From contig MU004238.1 of the NCBI GenBank assembly GCA_010405405.1, forward strand, positions 1,933,530-1,997,529: a stretch of DNA of 64,000 nt, in the 5' to 3' direction. Of the stretch, positions 22,358-33,279 are shown piece after piece. The stretch's first letter is position 1, and the number at the start of each line of letters is the position of its first letter. The notes under the pieces were generated by a model that was not told the origin of the DNA, did not search any database, and worked only from the letters and a program-made list of their open reading frames with translations. Made by a program: the position numbers and the translations under genes. This DNA comes from Microthyrium microscopicum. Lineage: Eukaryota.

Positions 22358-25156
22358 CTAATGCTTCACTCGCTTTGAGGCCTTTTCCTTCTCCTCTCCA
22401 TCTCTCTGTCTCTTCGCAGTGCCTATCTCGTTCCTACTCTTGCCCCGTACCGAGTTGATGTGATGGATGGTTTGCAAATCCGTCTTCCACTGTACGAGAT
22501 TCGCCTGTTCCAGCCTCAACCGCTCTTTTCGCTCCCATTTCGCCTTAAAATTTGTTTCCCTAAACCGTTCAAGCAAATCAATGACTTTCTGGAATGCAGC
22601 GGAGAACCTCCCGCGATGACCCTTGTCGTGTCTAAACCACGCTTCCTTAACAGCTTCTGCCAGTTCTTCCAAAGTCACATCGACTGGTAACACGTGTCTA
22701 ATGGTATACAACACAGCTTCGTCCCAGCATTTTATTTTGACGTGAACGCAAGTCTCATTTCTCCCCGTCCGACTCCACCCAAGATTATACTGTATTGCTG
22801 GCTCAATGTAATTTTGCATGAGATCTGCGGGCAGGTCTTGCCACAGAATAGCATATAGCAAGCGCCATTCGTGAATCAGGGGTGGTTTTTGCTGCATTTC
22901 GGTTCTCAGTTGCTCCACGTGCTCACCATGTGTGAGTTTGCGCCTCAAGCGATGGTAATGGGCGTCAAATACATATTCGTCCGGATCGGGTTCTCGCATG
23001 TCGTTGTCGACATCGATGAGCCTGAGATTTGTTAGTTTTGGATCTCGTGGAACCGTTGTCTATAACGTGTGGAAACAGATTCGAGTTTTTTAAGCTTCAG
23101 GTTGACTATCAAATAGTAGAAAGTATTCAAGTATGCGAGGAACTTACCGGCATGTGAACTTCTTCAACTTCTTCAAACTGCCAAATGGTTTAGACAGCCA
23201 AAAGTATGCTTCTTCCATGTATTTTTCATGTCCATATCCAGTCACGAAGACGCTGATACTGAGATCCATATGGCTCAAGTCTCCGAAACTGAATAGTTTG
23301 ACGATAAAATTGACGTTTTCTTTCAGCTGTAGCATTAGTCGGTGGTCATCATCCCAAGAGATGTCACCAAGATCCTTGACTTTGCTGGTTGCTTCAACAA
23401 TTGACATGTCGCACCAAATATGGATCTTAATTTGATCATACAACTTGAGAAGAGTGTCAACATGGCGAATTGCCCGGCCAAATGGGTACCAGGAATAGAG
23501 GAAATGCATTGGTAACGGACCCATCGCCTTTGTCACAAACGTCAAATCATCGAATTCTTCAAGACTCGTTGGCAACAGCGTCTCCAAGAATGCGTTATTG
23601 CTGCACAGAAGGATCTCGCGCGGGTAAATCTGAACGCTCAGCTGGGATTTGGCAAAGATGGCAGCTCTAGCTTCTTCGAATAGACCCAGCGATTTGCAGA
23701 CTTCCAAAAGTGCAAAAGGTTCAACACTCTGACGTCTAAAGATGTCCTGAGGCTGATGCGCCCAGAATGCTTCTCGGGCAAAGCCATATATTCTTTGGCG
23801 AATGACTGCAGGGAGCTCAAGGAAGGAGGGGTTGAAGATTTGCCTACAGTGAGCATTAGTCGTGGTAATTGTGCTGTTGTAAAAATGTCCTTACCGTTCA
23901 CCATGCAATGACACCGATTTCTCTAGATCTTCAGCCTCAGTGCGATCTTGCTCTTCCAACCCAAATTTTAGGGGCTCATTTGCTGTGGCTTCAGTCTCTG
24001 TGGTCTCCTTCTCTGTGGGCTCATTCTTTGTGGGCTTATTCTCTATGGGCTCATTCTCTGTGGGCTCATCTTCTGTGGCAGCATCATTTGTCCTGCCTAA
24101 AAGATCTTCATCCATTCCACTGTGAGAGCCATGACATTGCACATCGGTTAGCATCTTACCAACATCCCGATCATCCTCTGTATTCTGGTGTGACCTCGTG
24201 TGTGGTGAAGCTTGTTGCCGTTGTAGGGCGCCAGCATTACCAACGTTGCCCAAATGATGACCCGTTGTATTGGATGAGCCCAAGTCTGCCAGGAGTTGAG
24301 CAACATACTTTGCCAGTAAGGTAGTCTCCGTCGACAAGGAGCCGTTCTGTAAGGGGATTGCGAGTGAGTCCAAATCCATTATTCCACTGAGGAGCTCGAA
24401 CTCTGGAGAACTCATGGTCGAAGCGCTATCATTGAATTCAACGTCGTACTCTTCGAGGGTTTCTAAGGCAGAAACATCCTCGATCGACACATCAATGCTA
24501 GCAATTCCATCATCGCAGGGCTCACTCTGATGACTTGTTGTGTTTTCGCTCGAACAATCAATGCTGTCGTCTCCATGTATATCATTTTGATTTTCTGGGG
24601 CGTCTTCGAACTCCGAGCTTGGGCTTGTTCCACAGCTTTTGGTCTCATATTCATGATCTGTCTCCGCGCTTTCGGTTAGATTGAATTTGAGTTCGGGTTT
24701 AGTCGAGGGATGCCTCAAGTCCTCTCTGCTGACAAAGTAATCAGACTCGCTGTCTGGGTCTGCCACTACAATGATGTTGTATTCTTCTCGGAATGTCTCG
24801 GGATAGAAATCCAAGTCTTCGCTGCTGAGACTACTTTCACTGTCACTTGCGAGCTTGATGTTGTTTTCTTGCCTGAATGAATCCGGGTAGACGCTCCAGT
24901 CCTCGCTGCTGAGATCACTGTCGGAGTCACTTGTGGCGCTCGTTACCCTCGTGAAATGTGTTTCTCCTATAGTACCCTCTGTAACGATGTATGCATTCTC
25001 GTCGCTGAGAGCGCTGTTCCCGTTACTGGCTTCTTCTGTCGAATCTTGATGCTCTTGAATATACTCAGCCATTTCTGTCCCGTCGGTATCGACCTTGATT
25101 TGCATTTTGACACTGAGGTCTCCGGTGCCAATCTTTTCTGACATGCCGCTCGTCAT
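22358..25156 (-). CDS. Three-exon hypothetical protein: acidic low-complexity N-terminus plus F-box-like domain (introns 23844-23894 and 23022-23147)
   Basis: GTAAGG...ACTAAT...TAG and GTAAGT...ACTAAC...CAG introns join ORFs 23891-25156, 23144-23707 and 22358-22999 in frame. Exon 2 begins with SFLELPAVIRQRIYGFA...LLEVCKSL..FEEARAAIF. Confidence 0.72.
23990..24078 (-). repeat. Degenerate 15-bp coding repeat (xEPTE-like pentapeptides)
   Basis: Recurrent ctcattctctgtggg variants encoding DEPTE NEPIE NKPTK NEPTE KETTE. Confidence 0.8.
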
Positions 25157-26314
25157 AATGTTGGTGTTTGCGATTCAATTTAAAGACTTCGGTGATTAAA
25201 GTTTCTTGAGAGTTCGGTGAAGTGTTGATAATTCAAAAGTTGAAGCAGAGCTATCCCCAACTGGCACTTGTCGAACCTTGAAAGATGTAGGAGAAAGGCT
25301 CGTGATAGCTAAAAGTTAACGTTTCAATGACTTGTTTGGCTTCGAGATATATTGAATGCTTGGTTCAAGCAAGTTGTTGTCGATGCTGAAGCTAAGGCTT
25401 TCATGGAATACAGAGTATGAAGTCTTCGAAATGATGGAGAAGCTATGTGATGAACATATGAACCTTCTTGATTCAATTGTGAGTTACTAGGTGGACGAAC
25501 CCTCTTACTCAGTTGTTCAGAAAGAACTCAAAACAACAGGTCAAACTTGCTCGAAAGAGACGGTGGGTCATCTAAGTTCCCGGCATCGTAACTCCTTGAA
25601 TCGGGCATATTTCGCAACTCCATGCGCGGAAATTACCTCGCACAGTTTCTTACGCAGAGAACATTATCTAAGGACATCTGAGTTTCTGTGCTCTCATCTT
25701 ACCTTGAGTTTTCAAGTTGGTCACAGACTCACAGTGTATCCGCGAAAAGATATCACTATACAGTAAATCACGTTTCAACAGAATAACAAAGGTAGCAATC
25801 TTAACCCCCTATTCTCTTGCTTATCTCTGTGTGATAGAGATTTGGTGCAGTAGATTGTTTCTGCAAGCCTGCTTCCTTCAACAAAACCAGCAGCCGAGTA
25901 GTCTATGGCAATTTTCGCTCAGTGCTTCAAAGGGCCAAATGGCGTAAGATGTGCGATTAGAAAGTCTCTAAAATGGTGAGCAGCACCTGTGATATATTAC
26001 AGGTGGCCTGCTCACTGGCTAGTACCATCTTCCTTTTGCCATTCAAACGGTGCAAGTTCAAAATCAATGATAATGATTGGTTTTCGTAGCGGTTGAATCC
26101 ACACTCAGGTCGTGGGTTCAATCGTCATCTTTTGCAAAAATAGACTACGCTTTTTCTACTTGTTTATTTGACCATTATATTCAGAATCGATCAAAATAGG
26201 GCAGGGGACTTTTCTTGACACGTATATCTGCTGTTGTGGGTGCTTGCTTAATTATTTTGATTTTTGCACGGTTTTGACCTCTATCGAGATGCCATCAGCA
26301 GTTTATACTCTATC

Positions 26315-28264
26315 CTATGGCCCCATGCCTCTTGCCATCTTTTTGGCTCGACCATCCCGTCGATTACTGCCCCTGACTTCTTTTCCTCGCCTCGCTCGCT
26401 GTGTACCCTTATCATCCGGTGGTCCAGCAACGTTTCCACCACGCCCTCTGAATCCTCCCCGGCCACCACGGCCGCGATGTCCTCCACGTGCTGTGCTATC
26501 GGATCCATCCCCTTCCTCTTCGTCCCGCCACGCCGTCCGTACAACAACACGTTGCTCTCCACGCCAAAGGTCACCAAAGCGCCGTTCAAGCACCCGCTGC
26601 CTTGCCGGCTCGCGTGTCAACATAATCGCCCAACCTTCAAGCGCCTCGTCTGTCCAGCCTGTTTGTTGCTTGAGATTAGACCGACGAACTGAGTGGCGGG
26701 TGCCATAGTCACGTGCAAAGACACTGGCGTCAGACTTCCATGTAGTGTACAGCAGCCGTTCAGCACTGTTATCTACTGGTGCAGAGGACGGGTCAGGACG
26801 GTCTGCGGTGTCTACACTGGTATCAACGGTGCCGCCCACGTCCGTGTCATCGTAGGTGTCGTCGCGCTCATCATCGTCAGCATCAAAGGCGGCGAGCGCG
26901 GCGAGGATGGCAGCTTTGTTGTTAGTTGGAGCGGAGATGAGGTCGTCAGCGGTGAGGTCAGCGTCGGATTTGCCAATGTGGAGGCGGGATGCGTCGACGG
27001 CGAGGTTATCGAACTCGTCGTTGTCAAACTTATTGCGGCGGGAGAGTGGTGGTGTGGAGCGCGGGTCGAGTATGCTGGCTGGTTGGTGTGGTTCGTGGAT
27101 AGCAGATTCGAGTTGTTCAGATCGATCCGCGTTTGCTAGATGGGGAGGGAGGGACTCATCTAGGAGATGTGCTGTGACCTGCTCGACATCTTCGTTGTAT
27201 TCATCGAAGAGCTTCGCGATAAAACCTGAGCCAAGGTCTGGGAACAGGTCTTGGATCTGAGTGATCATGCTCATACGATGGATGTGGACAGTATCCAAAG
27301 CATCGGTAGCTGCGGCATGGGCTTTTCCTTTTCCTTTTGATTTCGATTTCTTCTTGCCAAAGGTCGGCTGCGTTTGGAATTCCAGTAGTCCGGCAGAGAG
27401 ATCTCTGGAAAACGACGGTCCTTCCTGGTCTGGATCTGATTCAGAGGCATTCATACTGCCGAGTCGATGTATCATCGGAGTGTTTGATGCCAGTGATACT
27501 AACAACGAAGGTTTCTTCTGCGATTGAAATAGTTTGGCGTTGACTTTGAGCGAATATAAATGATCTGATAGCAGAGATATATTGGGTTTCGGAATGGATA
27601 TCAAGCTGGTGAGCAGAATGTATGAGAAGGCTGTGATGGCTTGTTGTGCTTCTTCTGAGACACTTGGAAAGACTGTAGTCAGTGAATCGAACAAGTCGGA
27701 TCCAATGGCGAAAAAGTTGGCTGATGCCGGACAAAGGAATAAGAGTGGTGTTATTACTTTGAGATCTTCTTCGACAGCCTTGGTCGCCCCGAAATCAAGC
27801 TTCTTTATTAGAGCGTTCTTGACTGATTGGGCGTCCTTTTCCAGATCGTCTGAATTATTGGTCCAGACACTGCTTAATAGTGTCTTGAGTGATGAGACTC
27901 CTTGAAATGTTCGACCCAATTCCGCGAGAAATCTACACTGAAGTAGGACAGGTGGTATATTTGACAAGGACAGCACTCTATGGCATAAGAAGTAAACCGT
28001 TTTATGCAATGACTTTGATGCAGTGGAGTCCAACAACGAAGCGGCTGGTTGTGATGAGTGTTCATGAACATAACTGGCTAAGAAGATCATGACTCCGTCG
28101 CCATGCTCTGTTATTGTCTTTTGAAAGTCTACACTAGACAAACGCAGATAGCTCGTGGCCAGCATGAGCCACCCTTCTAAGCAAGCTGCCCATTCGGCCG
28201 GCGCAACATGAAGCCGAATTGATGGAGGAGGAAAGGGCGCGGGCGCTGGAAGACCGGCCATCAT
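26315..28264 (-). CDS. CUE3: CUE-domain protein, Cue3/ASCC2 (ribosome quality-control trigger complex subunit)
   Basis: CUE motif ITQIQDLFPDLGSGFIAKLFDEYNEDVEQVTAHLL; DDDERDDTYD; TGWTDEALEGWAIML; RGG-rich tail ending NRRDGRAKKMARG. Confidence 0.85.
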   Translation of the reverse strand: MMAGLPAPAPFPPPSIRLHVAPAEWAACLEGWLMLATSYLRLSSVDFQKTITEHGDGVMIFLASYVHEHSSQPAASLLDSTASKSLHKTVYFLCHRVLSLSNIPPVLLQCRFLAELGRTFQGVSSLKTLLSSVWTNNSDDLEKDAQSVKNALIKKLDFGATKAVEEDLKVITPLLFLCPASANFFAIGSDLFDSLTTVFPSVSEEAQQAITAFSYILLTSLISIPKPNISLLSDHLYSLKVNAKLFQSQKKPSLLVSLASNTPMIHRLGSMNASESDPDQEGPSFSRDLSAGLLEFQTQPTFGKKKSKSKGKGKAHAAATDALDTVHIHRMSMITQIQDLFPDLGSGFIAKLFDEYNEDVEQVTAHLLDESLPPHLANADRSEQLESAIHEPHQPASILDPRSTPPLSRRNKFDNDEFDNLAVDASRLHIGKSDADLTADDLISAPTNNKAAILAALAAFDADDDERDDTYDDTDVGGTVDTSVDTADRPDPSSAPVDNSAERLLYTTWKSDASVFARDYGTRHSVRRSNLKQQTGWTDEALEGWAIMLTREPARQRVLERRFGDLWRGEQRVVVRTAWRDEEEGDGSDSTARGGHRGRGGRGGFRGRGGNVAGPPDDKGTQRARRGKEVRGSNRRDGRAKKMARGMGP

Positions 28265-28735
28265 GAATTTATTGGAGTTGACTGTTCTGACAAGCCACTA
28301 GGTTGTGTCATAAGGACCGTGATGAGTTTGCTCTAATATCCAGAGTTCAGAGTCAAAGCGGCGGTATCCGGATTGGGAAGGATGTCAACGTGACAACTGC
28401 CGCCATCACTCCAGACCAGCCAGGTCGTTTGGAAAACCTTGCTTGGTGAAATAATTGGTTGACTTTGTTCAGACAAAAATGATAAAAACCTTAATATCAG
28501 AACAAGAAGGGCGAATTGAATGCTCAGGTGGCCCCTGCGTTGGGTTGGAGATCCTTAAGGGATCTGATCTGATTAGATGAGATAAGCCTGACCCCACACC
28601 ACCCAAAATTCGTGAGATATTTCGACATCAATCGATGCCATTGTTCTAGCCTCCAACAACAACCACCAAGGACAACTTTCCAAGCTTCACGTTACCCGTT
28701 TATCTCGCGTCGGCTTGCCATCCTAAACATTCAAA

Positions 28736-29341
28736 ATGTCCTACCAAAAAGGAGAGAAAGACTTTGGCGAAGGCCCAGTACGCTTAACCATCCTCAACCG
28801 CTGCCTCAGTACTAATAACGACACAATAGAAACTCCACAAGATCCGCATCACCCTCACCTCTGCCACCTCCGTCAAGAACCTCGAGAAGGTTTGCACTGA
28901 GCGTTAGTCTTCCCATACAGATCCATATCCAACTCTGATCGCTGCTTGGCTACCTGGCGAGATGCCGCGAAGCGCAAGTTCAACAGAATATCAAGCTTCG
29001 AACCACTATGCATATACTTTCCATGACAAAATACTAACACATCCTAGTCATCGACCGTGCCAAGACCAAGGACTTGCGCGTCAAGGGCCCAGTCCGTCTG
29101 CCTACCAAGAACTTGCGCATCTCTACCCGTAAGACACCTAACGGTGAGGGTTCCAAGACCTGGGATGCTTTCGAAATGCGCATCCACAAGCGCCTCATTG
29201 AGTATGTTGCTTCCATCTAGAATTTGAGAAGCGTGATACTAACTGCATTACTTTAGCTTGAACGCGCCAACTGAGGTTGTCAAGCAGATCATTGTCAACA
29301 TTGAAGCTGGTGTTGAGGTCGAGGTCACCATTGCTGCTTAG
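28736..29341 (+). CDS. RPS20: 40S ribosomal protein uS10 (Rps20); 4 exons (introns 28778-28829, 28903-29047, 29202-29256); absent from the ORF track
   Basis: Spliced translation [25 protein letters not shown]...[40 protein letters not shown]...VEVEVTIAA*, with strong codon bias. Confidence 0.96.
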
Positions 29342-29657
29342 GAACCTGTTCGTATCATTGAACCAGTGACTACAAGGCCCTTTGTGGTCTTAGATAGCTA
29401 CTCCCTAGCAAAAATATGAACCTGTGATGTAGATGTCTTGTATCATGTAAAAAGTGAGATATATCGAAAGTGTACCCATGGCTTTCATGATATCTACAAA
29501 TGCATAGATGCTGAGAATGATAAAACATTCAATAGTCCGTCTTTTGTACAGAATGCACCCAAATGCCATAATCTCACGAGCAGGGAAGCTCTCCCAAACG
29601 CCCAAAATGCAATATGCAAAACCCATATCCCAAAGTCATATCTTGATCATATCTTGA

Positions 29658-30494
29658 TCATATCTCCTTATTCACAAACTTCCTCTTCATATCCAACTCC
29701 CGCATCCGCCCCATCTCATCCCCACTCTCGCACAGATCCGGCTCCATCACAAGCCCCATCAACCCCTTACTCTTCAACACGCCCGGATCCTTCGTCCTCA
29801 CAAACTCCTCAATTCGCTTCTCCCGCCCCGTCATCTTCGCTTTCGTCTGCGCCGCCACCCACGCCTGATTCGCCTGCCAATGCTTCTCCTCCCTCACAAT
29901 CGCGCGGCGATGCGTCGCACTCTCCGCATGTAACCCCTGCGCAGCCGCCGCACCCAACGTCAAACTCGCCAACAACAGCACGAATGCGCCGTTGCTCATG
30001 TATTGGGGTTCAGGCGGCTTTTCGCGCGAGGTCCGCCAGGCTTCCCAGTCTTCCCACGTTGCATTGCGGGCTGTGCCGTTGGCGCGGGTTGCGGCGGCGG
30101 AGCGCGCGAGGAGGGAGGAGGGGTCGCTTAGCCAGCCGGCGCCGCAGGTATCGTAGAGGGCGCGTTTTTCTGGGTCGGAGAGGAGGGCGTGGGCAGCGAC
30201 GATGAGGCGGTAGCGATCTAGGCGTTGAGACGCGGAGAGGTGGGCGCTGATGTGAGTGGGCGGGTGGCCATGGCGGTCTGGGTGGTAGAGTTTGACGAGG
30301 GCGTTGAATGGTGCGCGTGTATACGGAGCTGTAGGGGATATGGCGAGGATTTCATAGGGTGTTGGGTGTGTTTGAGGGGAGTTCGTCCGAGGCCAGTGAT
30401 CGGAAGGAGGATTTAAGGTGGCATAGTGGTGGTTGTTGCTGGCTTTGAGAATGGTTGTAGGGAGAGATGGGCGGGTGAGGGCTTTGAGAAGCAT
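29658..30494 (-). CDS. JID1: Mitochondrial J-domain protein (Jid1-like) with C-terminal TM segment
   Basis: PTPYEIL...LVKLYHPD...YRLIVAAHALLSDPEKRALYD (J domain with HPD), NATWEDWE, YMSNGAFVLL TM segment, presequence-like N-terminus. Confidence 0.8.
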   Translation of the reverse strand: MLLKALTRPSLPTTILKASNNHHYATLNPPSDHWPRTNSPQTHPTPYEILAISPTAPYTRAPFNALVKLYHPDRHGHPPTHISAHLSASQRLDRYRLIVAAHALLSDPEKRALYDTCGAGWLSDPSSLLARSAAATRANGTARNATWEDWEAWRTSREKPPEPQYMSNGAFVLLLASLTLGAAAAQGLHAESATHRRAIVREEKHWQANQAWVAAQTKAKMTGREKRIEEFVRTKDPGVLKSKGLMGLVMEPDLCESGDEMGRMRELDMKRKFVNKEI

Positions 30495-31030
30495 GCTGGG
30501 CGGATCATGGCGGCATAGAGGGTGGTTGAGTGAGTTATTCGCGGTTTAGAAGGGCGGCATAAGAGTTGGTGATGAAGATGGATGTGGTGGTCATTGAGAT
30601 TGATGGCCCCGCGGTGAGTTGGACCAGATGCGGCTCTGGCCGAGGGTCATGCCACGAACCGCGACTTTTCGTCTATCCGTTGCCTTATGGAGTTGACATT
30701 GGAATTTCAGTACATAAAGTTTACGGAAACAAATCATTGATGGAATAGAAGGATCAGGAAAAGGCTCAAATTTGGTCTTTTCTCAACGCCATGGTATCAG
30801 ATGTCAAGTTCACTCAGCCGCGCCCGCCCAAAGAAACTCCTCGAAATCTCCATCTACTTCGTACAGACCATCGATATAGATTCTAGTCATCTACCTCTAA
30901 TTTTCCAGCCAGGATTACTGATCTCTAGCTTCAAGTGACCGATTTGATTTTCCAAATGCGGCTCTTTGGTTGCCTTCCTCCACCCTCACCGTCTACATCC
31001 CAACTCTCTTGTTCATAGGCTATAGCTCTA

Positions 31031-32254
31031 ATGGACAAGGTCAAACTCAAGCATTTTGCCAAATCTAGCGACAATGAGAAGGCATATCGATGGGTAACCG
31101 CAACCCGAGGTTCCACGATCTATTTTTCCCAAGAGAAGCACGAAAATGGGGCCGCAAGCCTAGGACAGATGGCATTTCGGGTGCTTCTACAGAATCTTGA
31201 CATGATCGATGCGGAAAGTCTACGGGATGTACCCTGGACAATAGGATTAAAGCTATGGAAGGAGATATCCAAGAAGTAAATCAGAAATCCAGCGGAGAGT
31301 ATGCAGTAACTAATGAAACTCCAGTCAGCTTGACTCAATAAGAACATGGCAAACATTTGTCACAGCATATCGCGATGAGATAGTTCAAGATCGCATAGCC
31401 GACCTCATGAGCTATAGGAGCAGTTCCAAAGTATTTGGAGGAAAAGAGATTGCGTTAACACCATTCCTGGAAGTCATCCAAGCGCCGAAATTTGAATGGA
31501 TCAACCTGGTCACTCTTGCCAGCCCGGTTCTTCTTAGAGAGCAGTGGATGAGCATATCCAAGCTATCAAATCTAGGGGGTCTGTATGTTTACGGCCCAGT
31601 TGAAATGTATACTCTTGACGATACAGTGGTTCGGGCCTGGTTTAATGCAGCAAGAGATAGTGGTGCCTTTTCAGCTCTGAAGATCCTGCTGCTTCAAAGT
31701 CAAGATCGATTGACGTTGGGGACATTGGAGTATTTTCAAGCGTTCCCAGCTTTGCGGGTAGTTCTTCTGACGGGGGCCCGTCTGAATACGAAGGGCATAG
31801 AAGATATTATTCAAGATACACGGTGGACGTGGATGAACAAGTACGTGAGGATAGCAGGCTATAGATCTTGAATCCGCTGACATTTGCCAGGTCAAGTCTC
31901 TGCCTAGAGATATATCAGAAGTGGCATTCGGGTTCAAAGGTCTTCCATCATGATGCGCGACTGCGAGACGTTTACAACCTTGTACATCGCAAAGATTTAG
32001 GTGCCGATAAGTGTCCTCAGAGTCCACAATTGAATATCAAAGGTGGCATAGAGCCTTCGAGCAACTTATGGAAGAGACAAGACCAGCTATGGTTTGAGCT
32101 CAAGCCCGCTGCAGAATGTACAGCAAAGGTCGTTACACAGAAGAGACTCGCTGTAAGAAGTGAAATTGACAGTAAGAGGCTGAAGATGCGATCTGGGGCA
32201 CAACGGTCAATGTCAGACCTGTTCGGAGAGCTAGGAGGTTCTCAGAAGAGATGA
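31031..32254 (+). CDS. Conserved fungal hypothetical protein with LRR-like central region; 3 exons (introns 31276-31324, 31841-31890); start uncertain
   Basis: Two GT..AG introns with branch sites join ORFs 31031-31279, 31407-31871 and 31868-32254 in frame. LDDTVVRAW...GAFSALKILLL...FPALRVV leucine periodicity. Confidence 0.72.
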
Positions 32255-32316
32255 AAGGAGGTTACTGAGGAGGCTACAGAGAGCTTGAATTCGCACATCA
32301 CTACTACATCGCATGA

Positions 32317-33279
32317 TCATCCATTTGGTACCTGGCCCTTGTTTGGTTCTATAGCCTCAGTGCCAGATTCTCTTTCCTTTCTACGCTGAGCAACATCCCA
32401 GTTGTAGACTCTTGCAGTCGCAACCTCCATGGTCTAGATTGTGAATCAGTAAGATGTTCTAGGTCGATCATCAGAATATCAAACCGTTATTTGCTGGCGC
32501 AGAAAGTCCAGATCCTCGTCACAATTGTCCAGACTTGATTGTGCAGTTTCGAGCTTTCCCGTTAGCAAGCTCTCTGCCTCGGGAATGGGATATGCTAGCA
32601 TAACGTTGGCCTATTTCCGTGTCAGATATCTTGCGCTGACTTCTATTCCGTTTGAACCTACACCAAGCCAAAGATAGACCTCCTGGGGCGCCGCAACTAG
32701 TGCCTTCGCGTAAAGTGTATCGTTGAGCTCGAATGTCGTCTCCAGGGGTTCCGAGTCGGGCTATCACGTATGATCGTCAGCCTCCAACATCCGACCAGCA
32801 AAACTCGTGTACCAGAATCTAACCTTTGCCGTCTTCAAAAACCGCACCATATCTAGCGTCTTTTGAATATCTGGGATCTTATCGCGAAGTCCCTGAGCTC
32901 GACGGTCCGTATTCGACTGCATGAATTGGTATTTCCTGCATCACACACAACACGCACCCGGGTCAGCTAAGTTGATCGCTTGCCAGGATTACAATTGTCA
33001 AACTCGGCCGCGCCCGTGGAAAGAGCCGGCCGTGTGGGATATAATGGAGGATTTTGGCGTACGAGATCATCTCCTGGAAGTTGCGTAGTGTCGCTTCGAC
33101 TTCTGCGCGGCTGGACACGTAGTCCTCGACCTTGTCGACAAATGGGGCCACGGGAATGCCGCGTGGATTGGTCGCGGGGTTCGCACTGTTGTGTAAACAC
33201 CAATAGGTCAGCGGGCGGAGTCCTTCGCGATGCAAGTGAGGTCGAGGGTATACCTATCTTTGGCCGAGACAGTGGCCAT
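32317..33279 (-). CDS. PAC10: Prefoldin subunit 3 (Pac10/VBP1), about 6 exons; mostly missed by the ORF track
   Basis: Spliced translation contains TNPRGIPVAPFVDKVEDYV...FQEMIS-KYQFM...KIPDIQKTLDMV...FELNDTLYAKA...VYLWLG-ANVMLAYPI...DLDFLRQQIT-TMEVATARVYNWDV. Confidence 0.93.

Noticed and set aside
26075..26135. tRNA-like T-arm text (aggtcgtgggttcaatc)
   Set aside because: The T-stem pairs poorly and no acceptor or anticodon stem can be built; at most a box-B-like match. tRNAscan-SE would settle it.
29438..30205. 255-aa Pro/Ser/Arg-rich ORF on the + strand
   Set aside because: Antisense to the GC-rich J-protein gene; low complexity and non-ATG start.
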